This document shows positions 1 through 8,816 of a stretch of DNA of 19,983 nucleotides, piece after piece. A program made the position numbers and the translations under genes. Position 1 is the first letter of the stretch. Each line of letters opens with the position of its first letter. Source of the DNA: Myxococcota bacterium (GTDB taxonomy: Bacteria > Myxococcota_A > UBA796 > UBA2385); assembly GCA_044344255.1 (NCBI GenBank), contig JBIJDH010000051.1, forward strand, positions 1 through 19,983, written 5' to 3'. The notes under the pieces are model-generated. The model worked only from the letters and a program-made list of their open reading frames with translations, searched no databases and had not been told where the DNA came from.

Positions 1-125
1 ACCGCGGTCACTTTGGCCGCCCCCGGAGCGATCAGTTTGGCCGCCCCGACCGTGGTCACTTTGGCCGCCCCCGGAGCGATCAGTTTGGCCGCCCCGACCG
101 CGGTCACATAGGCCGGTCTGTGACA
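1..125. mobile_element. Terminus of an IS21-family-like element (body lies left of the window)
   Basis: Four 18-bp repeats G(G/A)TCA(C/G)TTTGGCCGCCCC at 6-23, 30-47, 54-71 and 78-95 (24-bp period), followed 30 bp later by the terminus ...GGTCTGTGACA (reverse complement TGTCA). TG..CA ends with about 24-bp-periodic internal repeats are typical of IS21-family ends. Confidence 0.7.
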
Positions 126-1280
126 CCCCTCGGCTACCTCGTGGAGCGCGCGCAAGGCGGGCGAGGTCCCGGGCGCCTCGTCCCTGATCCGGCTTGGGGG
201 GCCCTCGTCGCGCGGACATTCCGTATGGCGCTATCCGGGCAAGGGGCCTGCTCTATCGCCGCCACCTTCAATGAAGAGGGGCTGCTCACGCACCGCGGCC
301 GACGATGGTCAAAGCAGGCGATCCTCTACATCCTTCGTAATGAGGTCTACACTGGCGTCTATATCTGGGGAGTGAGCCAGAACGGCAAGTTCGCCAACAC
401 ACCCATGGAGAAGCTGCGCGTCGAGGGCGCTCATGAGGCCCTCGTGTCGGCCGACGACTACGCCCGGGTCCAGGCGGCCATCGAGATCCGGCGCCCCGAT
501 GTGACCCACCCTCGGACATCGGCCGGCGAGTACCTTTTGAGCGGCCTGCTCATGTGCAGCTACTGCGGTGGACCCTACATTGGCCATGGCGCGCGCAACG
601 GAACCTACCACTACTATACCTGCCAGACCAAGATGAAGCAGGGGGTGGGTGCCTGCCCGGAGGCCCGCAATTTTGAGCGGACGAAGGTGGAGGGTGTGGT
701 GGTCGACGTGCTGCGCGCGGGGGCGCTGCACCCTGCTGTTTTTGGCGACCTTATTCGAGAGGTACAGGCATCACTCGGGGCGAAGCAGAGCCGGGCGAAA
801 GATGAACGGTTGGTCCTCCACGGCCAGATCGCCGAGGTCGACCGTCGCCTCACGAAGCTCTACGAGGCGGTGGAGTCTGGCTCGATCCCCTTCTCCCGCC
901 TTGCCCCGCGCATCGAGCAGGTCTCCGGTGAGAAGGATGAGCTGGAGCGCCGGATCGGGGAGCTACCGAGCGGAGAGGTGGAGCCGTTGCTTCTCATCGG
1001 TGACGAGGACATCGAGTCCTGGGTCACGGACCTCCGCACCACAGTGGACCGCGGCACCGTGGACGAGCGGCGGGCGCTGCTCCGCTCGTGGGTCAAGCGG
1101 GTGGTCGCGACCGGCGACGAGCTGACCGTGGAGTACACCTTCCCGCTGGTGTCGGTCGGAGGACCGGACGGGGCCAGCGGCTCCGGCGGCGGGCCCGACG
1201 GGGGTGGTCGTGGGGCGAAGGTGCCTGGAACGCGGGTGCCGGTGAACAGCCGGCGGCGCGATGGCTCAGGGGAGACCGAC

Positions 1281-1322
1281 AAAAACAAGAAGGGAGAAAC
1301 CGCGGTGAGGCGGTTTCTCCCT
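1281..1322 (-). terminator. Rho-independent terminator on the minus strand
   Basis: Perfect 13-bp stem AGGGAGAAACCGC (1291-1303) / GCGGTTTCTCCCT (1310-1322) with a 6-nt loop, followed on the minus strand by TCTTGTTTTT. Confidence 0.75.
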
Positions 1323-1363
1323 ACAGTAAGGTATGGCTCCCGTATTGGTGCGCTGCGCGAACC
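1312..1363. other. Putative attP-like recombination site of the serine integrase
   Basis: 52-bp segment bounded by GGTT...AACC and centred on GG-CT-CC (1335-1340). It overlaps the integrase 3' region, and the minus strand reads GGGAGCCA like a tRNA 3' end. Confidence 0.55.
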
Positions 1364-2074
1364 AGGGGAGGGGAGTCTGGCGGACTGCTCGAACCGGGGG
1401 GCGGGTGCAGACTGGCGTTGGACAAGGTGTTTCGAGAGTGGGGGTGGGACAGCCGTGAAGTGGATGTCCATGTTGCGCGCTGGACGAACTGGGGCAACGA
1501 TCCAGACTGCCCGCCAGAGGAGCCCGTCATCAGGTGACGCAGGACCTTTCGGGCCGGGGAGCTGGTTCTCCGGTCGAAACAATACCGGCCTTGTACTTTA
1601 TCAGTTATTCGACCAAGTCCAGCACGTCGGCGGCCAAGGGGTCTGTCAGACTCCAGGCGTGGACCACACCCACGATGGTCCCGGCATCTTCCGGCGCCGG
1701 TTCGCCGAGCGGGCCACGGCACCCACCCGACACAGCTCATCGCTGGGATGGTGGCGAGTAACAGCCGCTCGACTGACGCAGGTACGCACCGCGAAAGCGA
1801 CGGGCGGCCGAGAAGAGTGGGCCGGCCCCCTGGGCACCGAACTCGACGACCTGTCCTGATCACGTTGGACGGTGGCCGGCCGGCTCGACCCGGGCCATGC
1901 GCGGCGGCATTGGGAGCGACGAGGCCCTTGCTCAGATCAACTCCCCTGCCACCCTGGCTCCTCGAGCCGTAGAAGTTCGTGTCGAAGGTGTGTCTCGCGA
2001 CGACAGCGGTGGTGAGCGGCCTCTTCGATCGAAGGTGCGTGCAAACCTCGTCGCTCCGGTTACGCCGGAGCACG

Positions 2075-3562
2075 ATGTCCACGCTTCTTGCAGCCGCGAC
2101 CCTCGACGAGCGGCTGAGGCTCTTCGCCTTCTCCACCGAGCCGAACCGCGCGCTCTATGTCTTCGTGCTCCGGGCCTTCGACCGGGCCCGGCAGCGCTAT
2201 CAGATGCAGCTTCACGTGGAAGATGTAGCGGCGCTGCTGGAGGACCTGCGCGAGGAGGGGGGCCTCGTTCCCGAGGCGACGAACTTGGCCAGCTCGCTGG
2301 ATGCACTTGTCGGCTGGGGTGTGCTGGTGCGGACCCAAGATGGCGCGCGCGCGGTGAGCATTGCTGAGTATCGGCGTCGAAACTCTGTCTACCAGCTCAC
2401 GGAGCTCGGGCACCTCGCGCATGGGGCGGTGGAGATGGTGCTGGGGGCCCGTTCGGATGACGCGGAGCTGAGGCGGCTTGTCTTCGCGGAGCTGTTGGAC
2501 GAGCTCGGCGGCCTCGCCCGGGCCAACCGGGAGGGCGACGGCGAGCAGGTGAACATCCGCTTGGACCGCATCCACCGCACGCTCGAAGACCTAGCGAAGC
2601 GGGCGGGGCGCTTCTACCTAGCCGTCGGGGAGCTCGCGCGCACCCACGACGTCGATCCACAGGGCTTCCTCCTGCACAAGGACCGGCTGCTGGCGCACCT
2701 GGAGGAGTTCCTATGGGAGCTGCAGCGCTATCGCCCGCTGCTGGTCCGGGCGGTCGAGGAGGTGGAGTCCACGGGGGTGGACGGGCTGGTGGAGGCGGCC
2801 ACGTGCGCGGACTCCGTGGTCTTCAGCGAGAAGGGTGAGCGGGTCCGTCGCTGGCGCGCCCGCTGGGACGGCGTGGTGGGCTGGTTCCGAGGGACGGCGG
2901 CCGGTCCTTCGCAGGCTGATCGGTTGGATCGACAGACAGCGGCGGCGATCCGTGATCTCTCCGCCTTGCTCCGCCGGGTGACTGAGCGGCGCCGCGGGGC
3001 CGTCAGCCGCGAGACGGAGCTGCGGTTGCTGGCGCGCTGGCTTGCGCTCGCGCCGGAGGGGGCCGTGCACGCCCTGGCGAACGCGGCCTTCGGGCTCAGC
3101 GCGCCGCGACGCCTGGGCCTCGCCGAAGCGGATCCGGAGCTCGTGCCGCCGGGGAAGAGCTGGTGGCAGGTCCCGCCAGTGCCGGTGTCGACGACGCTGC
3201 GGGAGTACGGGCGGTCCCCGGGCCCGGGCCGCCCGCAGCCGATTCGCGACGATCGGGCGGCGCGCAGCCGGGGGCAGGAAGATCTGCGCGCCCGGCATGT
3301 CGCAGCCGCGCTCGCTGTGGCGGCCCTGCGGCGGGAGGGGGCCCTCGAGCAGGAGCTGGACGGAGCGCAGTTCGTGGTACTCAAGCGCCTGCTCGATCGC
3401 GCGCTCCGCGCCCGGGCGACCGTCTCTGGGGTGGTCCACGCGGAGGTCGGGGAGGCGGGCACCCGTCTGCGCCTCTTGCCTGCGGCGACCGACACGGTGG
3501 TCCGTGCGCCCGGGGGCCGGCTGCTGCTCCGGGGGCTGGCCCTGGAGATCCTGCCGGCATGA
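2075..3562 (+). CDS. jetA: Wadjet type II JetA (TIGR02677/DUF2397-like, kleisin-like subunit)
   Basis: ATG 2075 with GGAG at 2067-2070. Motifs include LDALVGWG.L...QD, EYRRR..YQLT..G, FL.HK.RL..HL..F, RW.G...WF and LARW...AFGL. First gene of a four-gene coupled operon. Confidence 0.88.
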   Translation: MSTLLAAATLDERLRLFAFSTEPNRALYVFVLRAFDRARQRYQMQLHVEDVAALLEDLREEGGLVPEATNLASSLDALVGWGVLVRTQDGARAVSIAEYRRRNSVYQLTELGHLAHGAVEMVLGARSDDAELRRLVFAELLDELGGLARANREGDGEQVNIRLDRIHRTLEDLAKRAGRFYLAVGELARTHDVDPQGFLLHKDRLLAHLEEFLWELQRYRPLLVRAVEEVESTGVDGLVEAATCADSVVFSEKGERVRRWRARWDGVVGWFRGTAAGPSQADRLDRQTAAAIRDLSALLRRVTERRRGAVSRETELRLLARWLALAPEGAVHALANAAFGLSAPRRLGLAEADPELVPPGKSWWQVPPVPVSTTLREYGRSPGPGRPQPIRDDRAARSRGQEDLRARHVAAALAVAALRREGALEQELDGAQFVVLKRLLDRALRARATVSGVVHAEVGEAGTRLRLLPAATDTVVRAPGGRLLLRGLALEILPA

Positions 3563-4875
3563 GCGCGCGCATTGCCGTCGAGGTCCAGGACGCTGCACTG
3601 TCGGAGCTGCAGGCCGCAGCGGGGCTCCTTTTGCGGGCGGGCATCGTGACGGCTGCCACGCCGAACGACGCGCTCCGGGCGGTCCGGCGCTGGCTCCCGA
3701 CGCTGATCCGCGCCTTCGAGGAGCTGTTCGGCTACCGGATCGAGCACAACCTCTCGGCGGTGCGGTTGCTCCGCCGTCGCGACCGCTTCGACGCCGAGCC
3801 CGCCCTCGACACCGACGGGAAGGTCTTCGACGGCCGACGCTACGCCTATGTGGCCCTCGCCCTGGCGGCCTTGGAGCGGGCGGCGCTGCAGGTGGCGCTC
3901 TCCGAGCTCGCTGACCGGGTGCGCGCCGCGGCAGCGGAAATTGACGGGCTCGGCTTCGACCCGGATGTCTTTGCCCACCGGGTCGCCTTCTGCGACGCCG
4001 TGCGCCTGCTTGAGCGCTACGGCGCCCTGCGGCTCGCAGACGGCGCCGCGGCGGCCTGGCAGGAGAACCCCGAGGAGGGGGAGGCCCTCTACGATGTGGT
4101 GGGCGAGGTCGCCTTCCTGCTCTACGCGCCGCCGCGGGGGTTGGCCGGGCTCGACGATCCCCGCGGGCTGTTGCACCAGGGCGCCGCGACGGGACGGGAG
4201 GGGCGCCGGGGGGAGACCCGCCAGCGCCTCTGCCGTCTCCTGCTCGAGAGCCCGGTGGTGTACTTTGACGACCTCGACGAGAACGAGCGCCGCCACCTGC
4301 GGACCGAGGCGAAGGAGATCGGTGAGGATTTGCGCCGGCTACTCGGCTGCGCCGTCGAGAGGCGGGCGGAGGGCATGGCCCTCATCGACGGCTCGGGGAG
4401 CCCCGGCCGGGCGCGCTTCCCAGGCCTGGGGACGCCCACCCAGGTGGCGCTGCTTCTCCTCGATCGCGTGGGGGAGGCCCTCCCGGGGGCCGCAATCGCG
4501 CCCCGACCCTCCGCGGACGACGCCTCCGCGGCCCTCGCCGACTCCCTCGCCCCCCTGATGGGGGCCCGGCCCCGCCCTCCCGCGCCCGAGGGCGAGCCGG
4601 CCCCCTTCCTCTCGGATGCTTGGGTTCGAAGCCAGGTCGAGCAGATCGGCGCGACCTACGGCGCGAGTTTCGTCGCTGACCTCCGGGCGGATCCGGTGCG
4701 GCTCGCCGCCGCCGCGGTGGAGGTGCTCGTGCGCTTCGACCTCGTCCGCCGCGTGCCCGGTGGCATCCTGCCGATGCCGGTGCTGGCCCGCTATCGCAGC
4801 GTGGAAATCCGGCGGTCGCGGCAGACTTCCCTCTTCGGCGGTCCGGCCGCCTCCTCGCCGGGGGGTGCCGGATGA
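3559..4875 (+). CDS. jetB: Wadjet type II JetB (TIGR02678/DUF2398-like, kite-like subunit)
   Basis: ATGA overlap with the jetA stop. Motifs include FGYR, F..RRY....LALA.LE, LSELA..V, LLE.PVVY.DDL, ERRAEG.ALID and ARY. Confidence 0.88.
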   Translation: MSARIAVEVQDAALSELQAAAGLLLRAGIVTAATPNDALRAVRRWLPTLIRAFEELFGYRIEHNLSAVRLLRRRDRFDAEPALDTDGKVFDGRRYAYVALALAALERAALQVALSELADRVRAAAAEIDGLGFDPDVFAHRVAFCDAVRLLERYGALRLADGAAAAWQENPEEGEALYDVVGEVAFLLYAPPRGLAGLDDPRGLLHQGAATGREGRRGETRQRLCRLLLESPVVYFDDLDENERRHLRTEAKEIGEDLRRLLGCAVERRAEGMALIDGSGSPGRARFPGLGTPTQVALLLLDRVGEALPGAAIAPRPSADDASAALADSLAPLMGARPRPPAPEGEPAPFLSDAWVRSQVEQIGATYGASFVADLRADPVRLAAAAVEVLVRFDLVRRVPGGILPMPVLARYRSVEIRRSRQTSLFGGPAASSPGGAG

Positions 4876-7800
4876 TGGCCCGCTTCAAGCCCACCCGCGC
4901 AGGCATCCTGAACCTCTGGGATTACCGTCGAGAGGAGTTCGCCTTCGCCGACGGGCGGCTCGTGCTCCGCGGGGCCAACGGTTCGGGGAAGACGAAGGCC
5001 CTGGAGGTGCTCTTCCCCTTCGTGCTCGACGGGCGGCTCGATCCGCGACGGCTCGACCCTTTTTCGGGAGAGAGCCGCACGATGCGGCAGAACCTCCTGT
5101 GGCGCGGACAAGAGGCCTCCCTCGGCTACGTCTGGATGGAGTTCCTGGCGGGGGAGGCCGCGGTCACGATCGGCATCGGCCTGCGCGCCCAGAAGGCCAC
5201 CGAGCGCGTGGAGACCTGGTTCTTCGTGACGGATCGCCGGATGGGGGATGGCCTCGAGCTGGTCGATGCCGAGGACCGCCCCCTGACGCGCCGGGCGCTG
5301 GTGGAGGCGCTCGGGGTCGAGGCCGTGCACGAGCGGGCGAGCGACTACCGCAAGGCCGTCGACGCCCGCCTCTTCGGCCTCGGCGAGCGCTACGAGGCGA
5401 TGCTCGATCTCGTGCTCACGCTCCGCCGCCCGCAGCTCGCGAAGGACCTCGACCCGAAGAAGCTTTCCCAGGTGCTCGCGGAGGGGCTCCCGCCGGTCGA
5501 CGAGCGCATCCTCGACGACGCGGCCCACGCCTTCGACGATCTCGAGGCCGTGCAACGCATCGTCGAGCGCCTGCGCGGGGCGGATCAGGCGGTCCAGGGT
5601 TTCCTCGGGGCCTACTTCGGCTACGTCCGCTCTCAAGCGCGTGGGCGAGTGGACGCCCTCCGGGCCGCCGAGGTGGAGGTGGCCCGCCTGGCGGCGACCC
5701 TCGCGGAGCGAGAGCGGGTCGAGAGGGCCGCGATCGCAGCGGTGGAGGCCTGCCGGGAGGCGGCCCGGCTGCTGGCGAGCGAGCTGGCGGCCACGCAGGC
5801 CACGGTGGAGGCCCTCAAGTCGACCGAGGGCTACCGCGCGCACGGGCAGATCCAGGACGTCGCCCGCGGGGCGCAGAAGGCCCGGGAGCAGGCGGGGAAG
5901 CGGCATGCCGCGCTCGCCGCGGCGGAGTCGGAGTTCTCTCGGCGCACGAAGCTGCGGGACGAGCTGCAGGAGAAGCTCCGCCGGGCCTCCGCCCTCCTCG
6001 ACCAGGCGCGGAGCCGCCTCCTCGAGAGCGCGGCCCGCGCCGGCATCCCCTGGGCACCGGAGGAGGGTTTCGCCGAGCCCGATCGGATGCGCACGATGCT
6101 CCGGGGCCGCGCTAGCGCCCGGGATCAGGACCGGCGGGAGGTCACGCAGGCGCTGAAGTCCGTGGAGAATTCCTTGAGCGCACTGGCCGTCGCGGAGCAG
6201 GCGCTCCTCGGCGCCCAGGAGCGGCTACTGCGGGCCGAGGAGGCCTCGCGGGCGGCGGAGCTCGGGCTGGAGCGGGCGCGGGCTGCCCTCCTCACCGCGC
6301 TGCTCGGCTGGGTGGCGACCCAGGGTGGGCTCGTGGACCCGGGCGTCGGGGAGGGCCTCATCGCTGCCGTGGAGGGGCTCGACGAACCGGGCGTCTTGCC
6401 CCTCGCCGCGCGCTGGGACGCCGCGACGCGGGACCAGCGGGACCTGGCGCTCCAAGAGCGACACGGTGCCGAGACCGAGTGGAAGCGCCTTGAAGCGCTC
6501 CTTGTGGAGCTGCGCCACCGCCGGGAAGAGATCGCCGCCGAGCGGGACGACGCGCCGCCGCCCCTCATGACGCGGCCCGCCCCGCGCCTGGAGCGCCCCG
6601 GCGCGCCCCTCTGGCGCCTCGTCCGCTTTCGGGAGGAGGTGCCCGTGGCGGCCCAGGGCGGAATCGAGGCCGCGCTCGAGGCCGCGGGCATCCTCGATGC
6701 CTGGGTGGATCCCGCGGGAGCGGCCGCTGAGGTCGAGGATGCCTTTCTGCGCCCCTCCCCATCGGAGGGCCTTACCCTCGGGGCGCTGCTGCTCCCCGAG
6801 CCAGACGGGCCCGTCTCGGTCGAGCTGGTCGAGCGCGTCCTCTCCAGCCTCCGTCTCGACGGCGGGCCGTTCGGGGTCGAGCCCTCCGGCCGCTTCGTCC
6901 TCGGCCCGCTCACCGGCCGGCTGAAGCGCGCGGCGCCGCTCTACATCGGCGCCACGGCCCGCGAGCGCCGTCGTCGGGAACGCCTTTCCCTGATCGCCGC
7001 GGAGATCATCGGCGTGGAAGCGGAGCGGGCTCAGGCGGCGGCTCGGGTCGAGGAGGCGCTTCGATGGCTGGGCCGCCTCGACGCGGCGCGGGCGGCCCTC
7101 CCCACGGAGAAGCCGCTGCACCGAGCCCGGCAGGCGCGGGACGGGGCGGCGGCGAAGGTAGCCGCGGAGCGGACCGCCTGCGACGCCGCCCAGGAGGCCG
7201 CTGACACGAAAAAACGCCAGCTCCTCTCCGCCACGAACGCGCTTGCCCGCGAGGCCGCCACGCGGGGCACGCCCTCCGACGCTGCGGGCCTCGAGGAGCT
7301 CGGGTTGGCCATCCGGTTCTTCGGCGAGGAGGGGGAGCGCGTGTTGGTCGCCATCCGCGAAGTGGGAGCCCTGGTGCAGGCGACACGAGCCGCGGAGGGC
7401 GAGGTGACGCGCCAGGGGGAGGCACTGGAGGGCGCCCGCCTGGAGGAGCAGGAGGCCAGCGAGCAGGCCGCCGGGGAGGAGGCGCGGCTCGCGGCCCTCC
7501 GCACGGCCCTCGGCGCCGAGGCGACCCGCGTGCTGGCCGACATCGAGGCGGCCGAGGAGAGCCTGCGCGCACTGCGCCTGCAGGATCGACGGCAGCGCGA
7601 GCGGATGGAGGAGGTCATCTGCGTCCAGGGAGACGCCGGGGGCGAGCGGAAGCGGGCCGAAGACGCACTCGGCCGCGAGCGCCTCGGGCTGGTCGGCCTG
7701 GCCTCCCGCCTGCGCGTCTTCGGGCGCGCAGAGCTCGCGGAGATCGCGGAGGTCGAAGCCGACGTCGCGAACGCGGTTCTCGCAGGCGCCCCCTTCGACG

Positions 7801-8816
7801 GCCCCGCCTTCGTGGCGCTGGCCGCCTCCCTCGATCAGGCGACCCGCGGGCTCTCGGGGGCCGAGGAGCGGCGTAAGGCGACGCGCACGCAGGTGCAGAA
7901 CCAGTACGAGGAGCTGGCGAGGCGGCTGGGGGCGACCTGGCGCCCTGCCCAGGACCTCGACGACGAGATCGTGCTCGTCACCATCGCCGACGCCGAGGGT
8001 AGGAGTGGCGTGGCCGCCTTCGGCGGGAGGCTCCACCGCGACCTCGCGGAGCAGGAGGCGATGCTCTCGGCGAAGGAGCGGGCCCTTTTCGAGGACGCGA
8101 TGCTCGGAGCCGTCTGCCGCGCCATCCACCAGCGCGTGCGGGAGGCCCGGCGGCTGGTCGAGGTGATGGATGCGGCGATGCGCGGCCGGCGGCTCTCCAG
8201 CGGCCGCACCGTGAGCGTGAGCTGGGTGCTCGACGACGAGGCCGACACGGAGGATCGTGAGGTCTTCCGCGTGCTGGAGACCGACCCAACCCATCTCGGC
8301 CCCGACGCCCTCGACCGTCTGCGCAGTTACTTCTCGGCCCGCGTTCAGCGAGCCCGGCGGGCCGATCCCATGCGCTCGTGGCGGGAGATCCTCGCCGAGC
8401 AGCTCGACTATCGGCGCTGGCGCGAGTTCCGCCTCTGGCTCGTCCGCGCCCATGAGAAGGACCAGCGACTCACCCCACAGGTGCACGCCGGCCTCTCGGG
8501 CGGCGAGAAGGCCGCGGCTCTGCACCTGCCCCTCTTCGCCGCCGCACACGCCCTTTTCGCGGGGGCGCGTCCCGACTGCCCGCGCCTCATCGCCCTCGAC
8601 GAGGCCTTCGCAGGCATCGATGACCTCGGCCGCCCGGAGCTTCTTTCGCTCGCCGTCCGCTTCGACCTCGACTTGTTCATGACCGGCTACGACCTCTGGA
8701 TCACTTGGCCCTGCGTCCCGGCGGTCGCCCATTACGACCTGCAGCACCTGCGGGACGAGCACGTCGTCGCGATGGTGCGCATCGACTGGAACGGCCGGGA
8801 GCTGGTGGAGGTGTGA
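4872..8816 (+). CDS. jetC: Wadjet type II JetC, SMC-like ATPase (TIGR02680-like)
   Basis: Motifs include RAGI.N.W.Y, Walker A GANGSGKT, LR.PQL, long coiled coils with a central PLWRLV.F...EAALEAAG.LDAWV hinge-like segment, LDYR.W..F, signature LSGGE and Walker B/D-loop LIALDEAFAGID. The start overlaps the jetB stop. Confidence 0.93.
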   Translation: MMARFKPTRAGILNLWDYRREEFAFADGRLVLRGANGSGKTKALEVLFPFVLDGRLDPRRLDPFSGESRTMRQNLLWRGQEASLGYVWMEFLAGEAAVTIGIGLRAQKATERVETWFFVTDRRMGDGLELVDAEDRPLTRRALVEALGVEAVHERASDYRKAVDARLFGLGERYEAMLDLVLTLRRPQLAKDLDPKKLSQVLAEGLPPVDERILDDAAHAFDDLEAVQRIVERLRGADQAVQGFLGAYFGYVRSQARGRVDALRAAEVEVARLAATLAERERVERAAIAAVEACREAARLLASELAATQATVEALKSTEGYRAHGQIQDVARGAQKAREQAGKRHAALAAAESEFSRRTKLRDELQEKLRRASALLDQARSRLLESAARAGIPWAPEEGFAEPDRMRTMLRGRASARDQDRREVTQALKSVENSLSALAVAEQALLGAQERLLRAEEASRAAELGLERARAALLTALLGWVATQGGLVDPGVGEGLIAAVEGLDEPGVLPLAARWDAATRDQRDLALQERHGAETEWKRLEALLVELRHRREEIAAERDDAPPPLMTRPAPRLERPGAPLWRLVRFREEVPVAAQGGIEAALEAAGILDAWVDPAGAAAEVEDAFLRPSPSEGLTLGALLLPEPDGPVSVELVERVLSSLRLDGGPFGVEPSGRFVLGPLTGRLKRAAPLYIGATARERRRRERLSLIAAEIIGVEAERAQAAARVEEALRWLGRLDAARAALPTEKPLHRARQARDGAAAKVAAERTACDAAQEAADTKKRQLLSATNALAREAATRGTPSDAAGLEELGLAIRFFGEEGERVLVAIREVGALVQATRAAEGEVTRQGEALEGARLEEQEASEQAAGEEARLAALRTALGAEATRVLADIEAAEESLRALRLQDRRQRERMEEVICVQGDAGGERKRAEDALGRERLGLVGLASRLRVFGRAELAEIAEVEADVANAVLAGAPFDGPAFVALAASLDQATRGLSGAEERRKATRTQVQNQYEELARRLGATWRPAQDLDDEIVLVTIADAEGRSGVAAFGGRLHRDLAEQEAMLSAKERALFEDAMLGAVCRAIHQRVREARRLVEVMDAAMRGRRLSSGRTVSVSWVLDDEADTEDREVFRVLETDPTHLGPDALDRLRSYFSARVQRARRADPMRSWREILAEQLDYRRWREFRLWLVRAHEKDQRLTPQVHAGLSGGEKAAALHLPLFAAAHALFAGARPDCPRLIALDEAFAGIDDLGRPELLSLAVRFDLDLFMTGYDLWITWPCVPAVAHYDLQHLRDEHVVAMVRIDWNGRELVEV

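Larger units (their letters stand above)
126..1859 (+). pseudogene. Large serine recombinase/integrase, 5'-truncated (recombinase domain, Zn ribbon and coiled coil only)
   Basis: Reading frame begins at PLGY, the motif that follows the resolvase catalytic domain. It contains W..QAI..ILRN..Y.G, HEALVS and the Zn ribbon YLLSGLLMCSYCG...YYTC...C, then a coiled coil and ERRALLRSWVKRV. No catalytic domain is present and the frame abuts the IS end at 125. Sequence after about 1365 looks like read-through. Confidence 0.9.

Noticed and set aside
1..107. Repeat array as a CRISPR array or iterons
   Set aside because: The spacers are only 6 bp and repeat themselves. The array ends in a TGACA terminus reproduced at 15676 and 18038, and there are no cas or rep genes.
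1334..1400. tRNA gene on the minus strand
   Set aside because: Only GGGAGCCA and GGTTCG fragments are present, with the wrong spacing and no cloverleaf.
1364..1859. Genuine C-terminal domain of the recombinase
   Set aside because: It lies beyond the att-like site and has no recognisable motif, so it is probably read-through.
3163..3558. N-terminal extension of jetB (likewise 1979-2074 for jetA and 8705-8812 for jetD)
   Set aside because: The jetB and jetD extensions overlap the upstream gene. The coupled or SD-supported starts at 3559, 2075 and 8813 fit better.
2060..8762. Long antisense and alternative-frame ORFs (for example 6225-8762 minus, 2728-4296 minus, 4616-6115 plus)
   Set aside because: These are shadows of GC-rich jet genes with no motifs of their own.
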